Assembly: GCA_045862955.1 (NCBI GenBank) | Contig: BTVI01000056.1 | Location: 1 to 16,606, forward strand | Direction of reading: 5' to 3' | From: Fimbriimonadales bacterium | GTDB taxonomy: Bacteria; Armatimonadota; Fimbriimonadia; Fimbriimonadales; JABRVX01 | DNA length: 16,606 nt | Shown here: positions 16,141 through 16,606 of the stretch, one piece after another | Layout of the letters: every line of letters begins with the position of its first letter | Numbering within the stretch: the first letter of the stretch is position 1 | The notes under the pieces: model-generated | Told to the model about the DNA's origin: nothing | Seen by the model: only the letters and a program-made list of their open reading frames with translations | The model's database searches: none | Position numbers and translations under genes: made by a program

Positions 16141-16402
16141 GAAACAACAAGCCCCTACGAAGGTGCCCCCCATCACGAGGGTAAGGACCCCCCAGAAACA
16201 CGCCTACACATTCCTCGTCCTCCCCTTTCGCCCGCACAGCCGGGGGAGGATCGCACCGCACGACCCGCTCGCTGCCCGGGCCTGCAACCATCCTATCACG
16301 AGTCACCCACTCTGTCGAGCCACGAGGCACGCTATTCGCCACGGCGACAAACTGTCCAGCAAGACGCCGGAATTACGGCGGCATAGCGATGGATACGTCG
16401 GC

Positions 16403-16434
16403 GGGGCGACAGAAGAACGAGGCGCGGTCGCCCC
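16403..16434 (-). terminator. Hairpin immediately after the DAHP synthase stop
   Basis: GGGGCGAC (16403-16410) pairs with GTCGCCCC (16427-16434), 16-nt loop. No U-tract, so a terminator role is uncertain. Confidence 0.3.
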
Positions 16435-16606
16435 TCACACCGTCCGGCCGACGGCGCGGGCGACCGCCGAAACCTCCACCATCAACTGCGCGAACCGATC
16501 GAACTTCAGCGACTGCGGGCCGTCCTTCAGTGCTTGCTCGGGGTGCGGATGCACCTCGATCAGCAGTCCGTCCGCGCCCGCCGCCACCGCGGCCTTGCTC
16601 ATCGGC
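16435..16606 (-). CDS. aroF: 3-deoxy-7-phosphoheptulonate (DAHP) synthase, class I-beta, C-terminal part
   Basis: Hand translation ...[59 protein letters not shown] at 16437-16435. Not in the ORF track because the start is outside the window. Confidence 0.88.
   Translation of the reverse strand, partial: PMSKAAVAAGADGLLIEVHPHPEQALKDGPQSLKFDRFAQLMVEVSAVARAVGRTV

Larger units (their letters stand above)
15184..16158. repeat. Mosaic tandem array of palindromic elements (A-C-B-A-C-B-A), BIME/REPIN-like
   Basis: Units start at 15184, 15591 and 15979 (periods 407 and 388 bp). Three copies of 162-bp element A, two of ~101-bp linker C, two of 106-bp element B. Confidence 0.95.

Noticed and set aside
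16200..16260. Lysine or other riboswitch near dapF/aroF
   Set aside because: It lies downstream of both convergent genes, and only a simple hairpin is evident without the conserved aptamer core.
15183..16386. ORFs across the repeat array (15183..15593 -, 15542..16342 -, 15528..15908 +, 16138..16386 + and others)
   Set aside because: They are translations of GC-rich palindromic repeats (VMLSLSKH/FDRLSMT on both strands), the frame changes between units, and there is no SD or recognisable domain.

Overview
GC-rich bacterial chromosomal window made up mostly of housekeeping genes. Lineage is not established; Armatimonadota is only a guess. Minus strand, left part: a UPF0182 membrane protein, a short MerR-type regulator, a 1114-aa GT4-TPR-GT2-TPR fusion glycosyltransferase, and a window-truncated secreted protein missing from the ORF track. 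Plus strand: rpsF-ssb-rpsR (preceded by a recognisable S6:S18-binding leader RNA), archaeal-type bifunctional PGI/PMI, argS, nhaA, then miaA-hfq-dapF. The 3' end of a class I-beta DAHP synthase enters convergently at the right edge. The least explained sequence is the ~1.26 kb gap between dapF and the DAHP synthase. It holds a ~390-400 bp-period mosaic array (A-C-B-A-C-B-A) of a 162-bp multi-hairpin element with terminal inverted repeats, a structured linker, and CGTC-tagged 26-bp inverted-repeat doublets. Related GTAG(GGGC)-tagged hairpins occur in other intergenic gaps. I found no transposase, CRISPR array, tRNA or rRNA.
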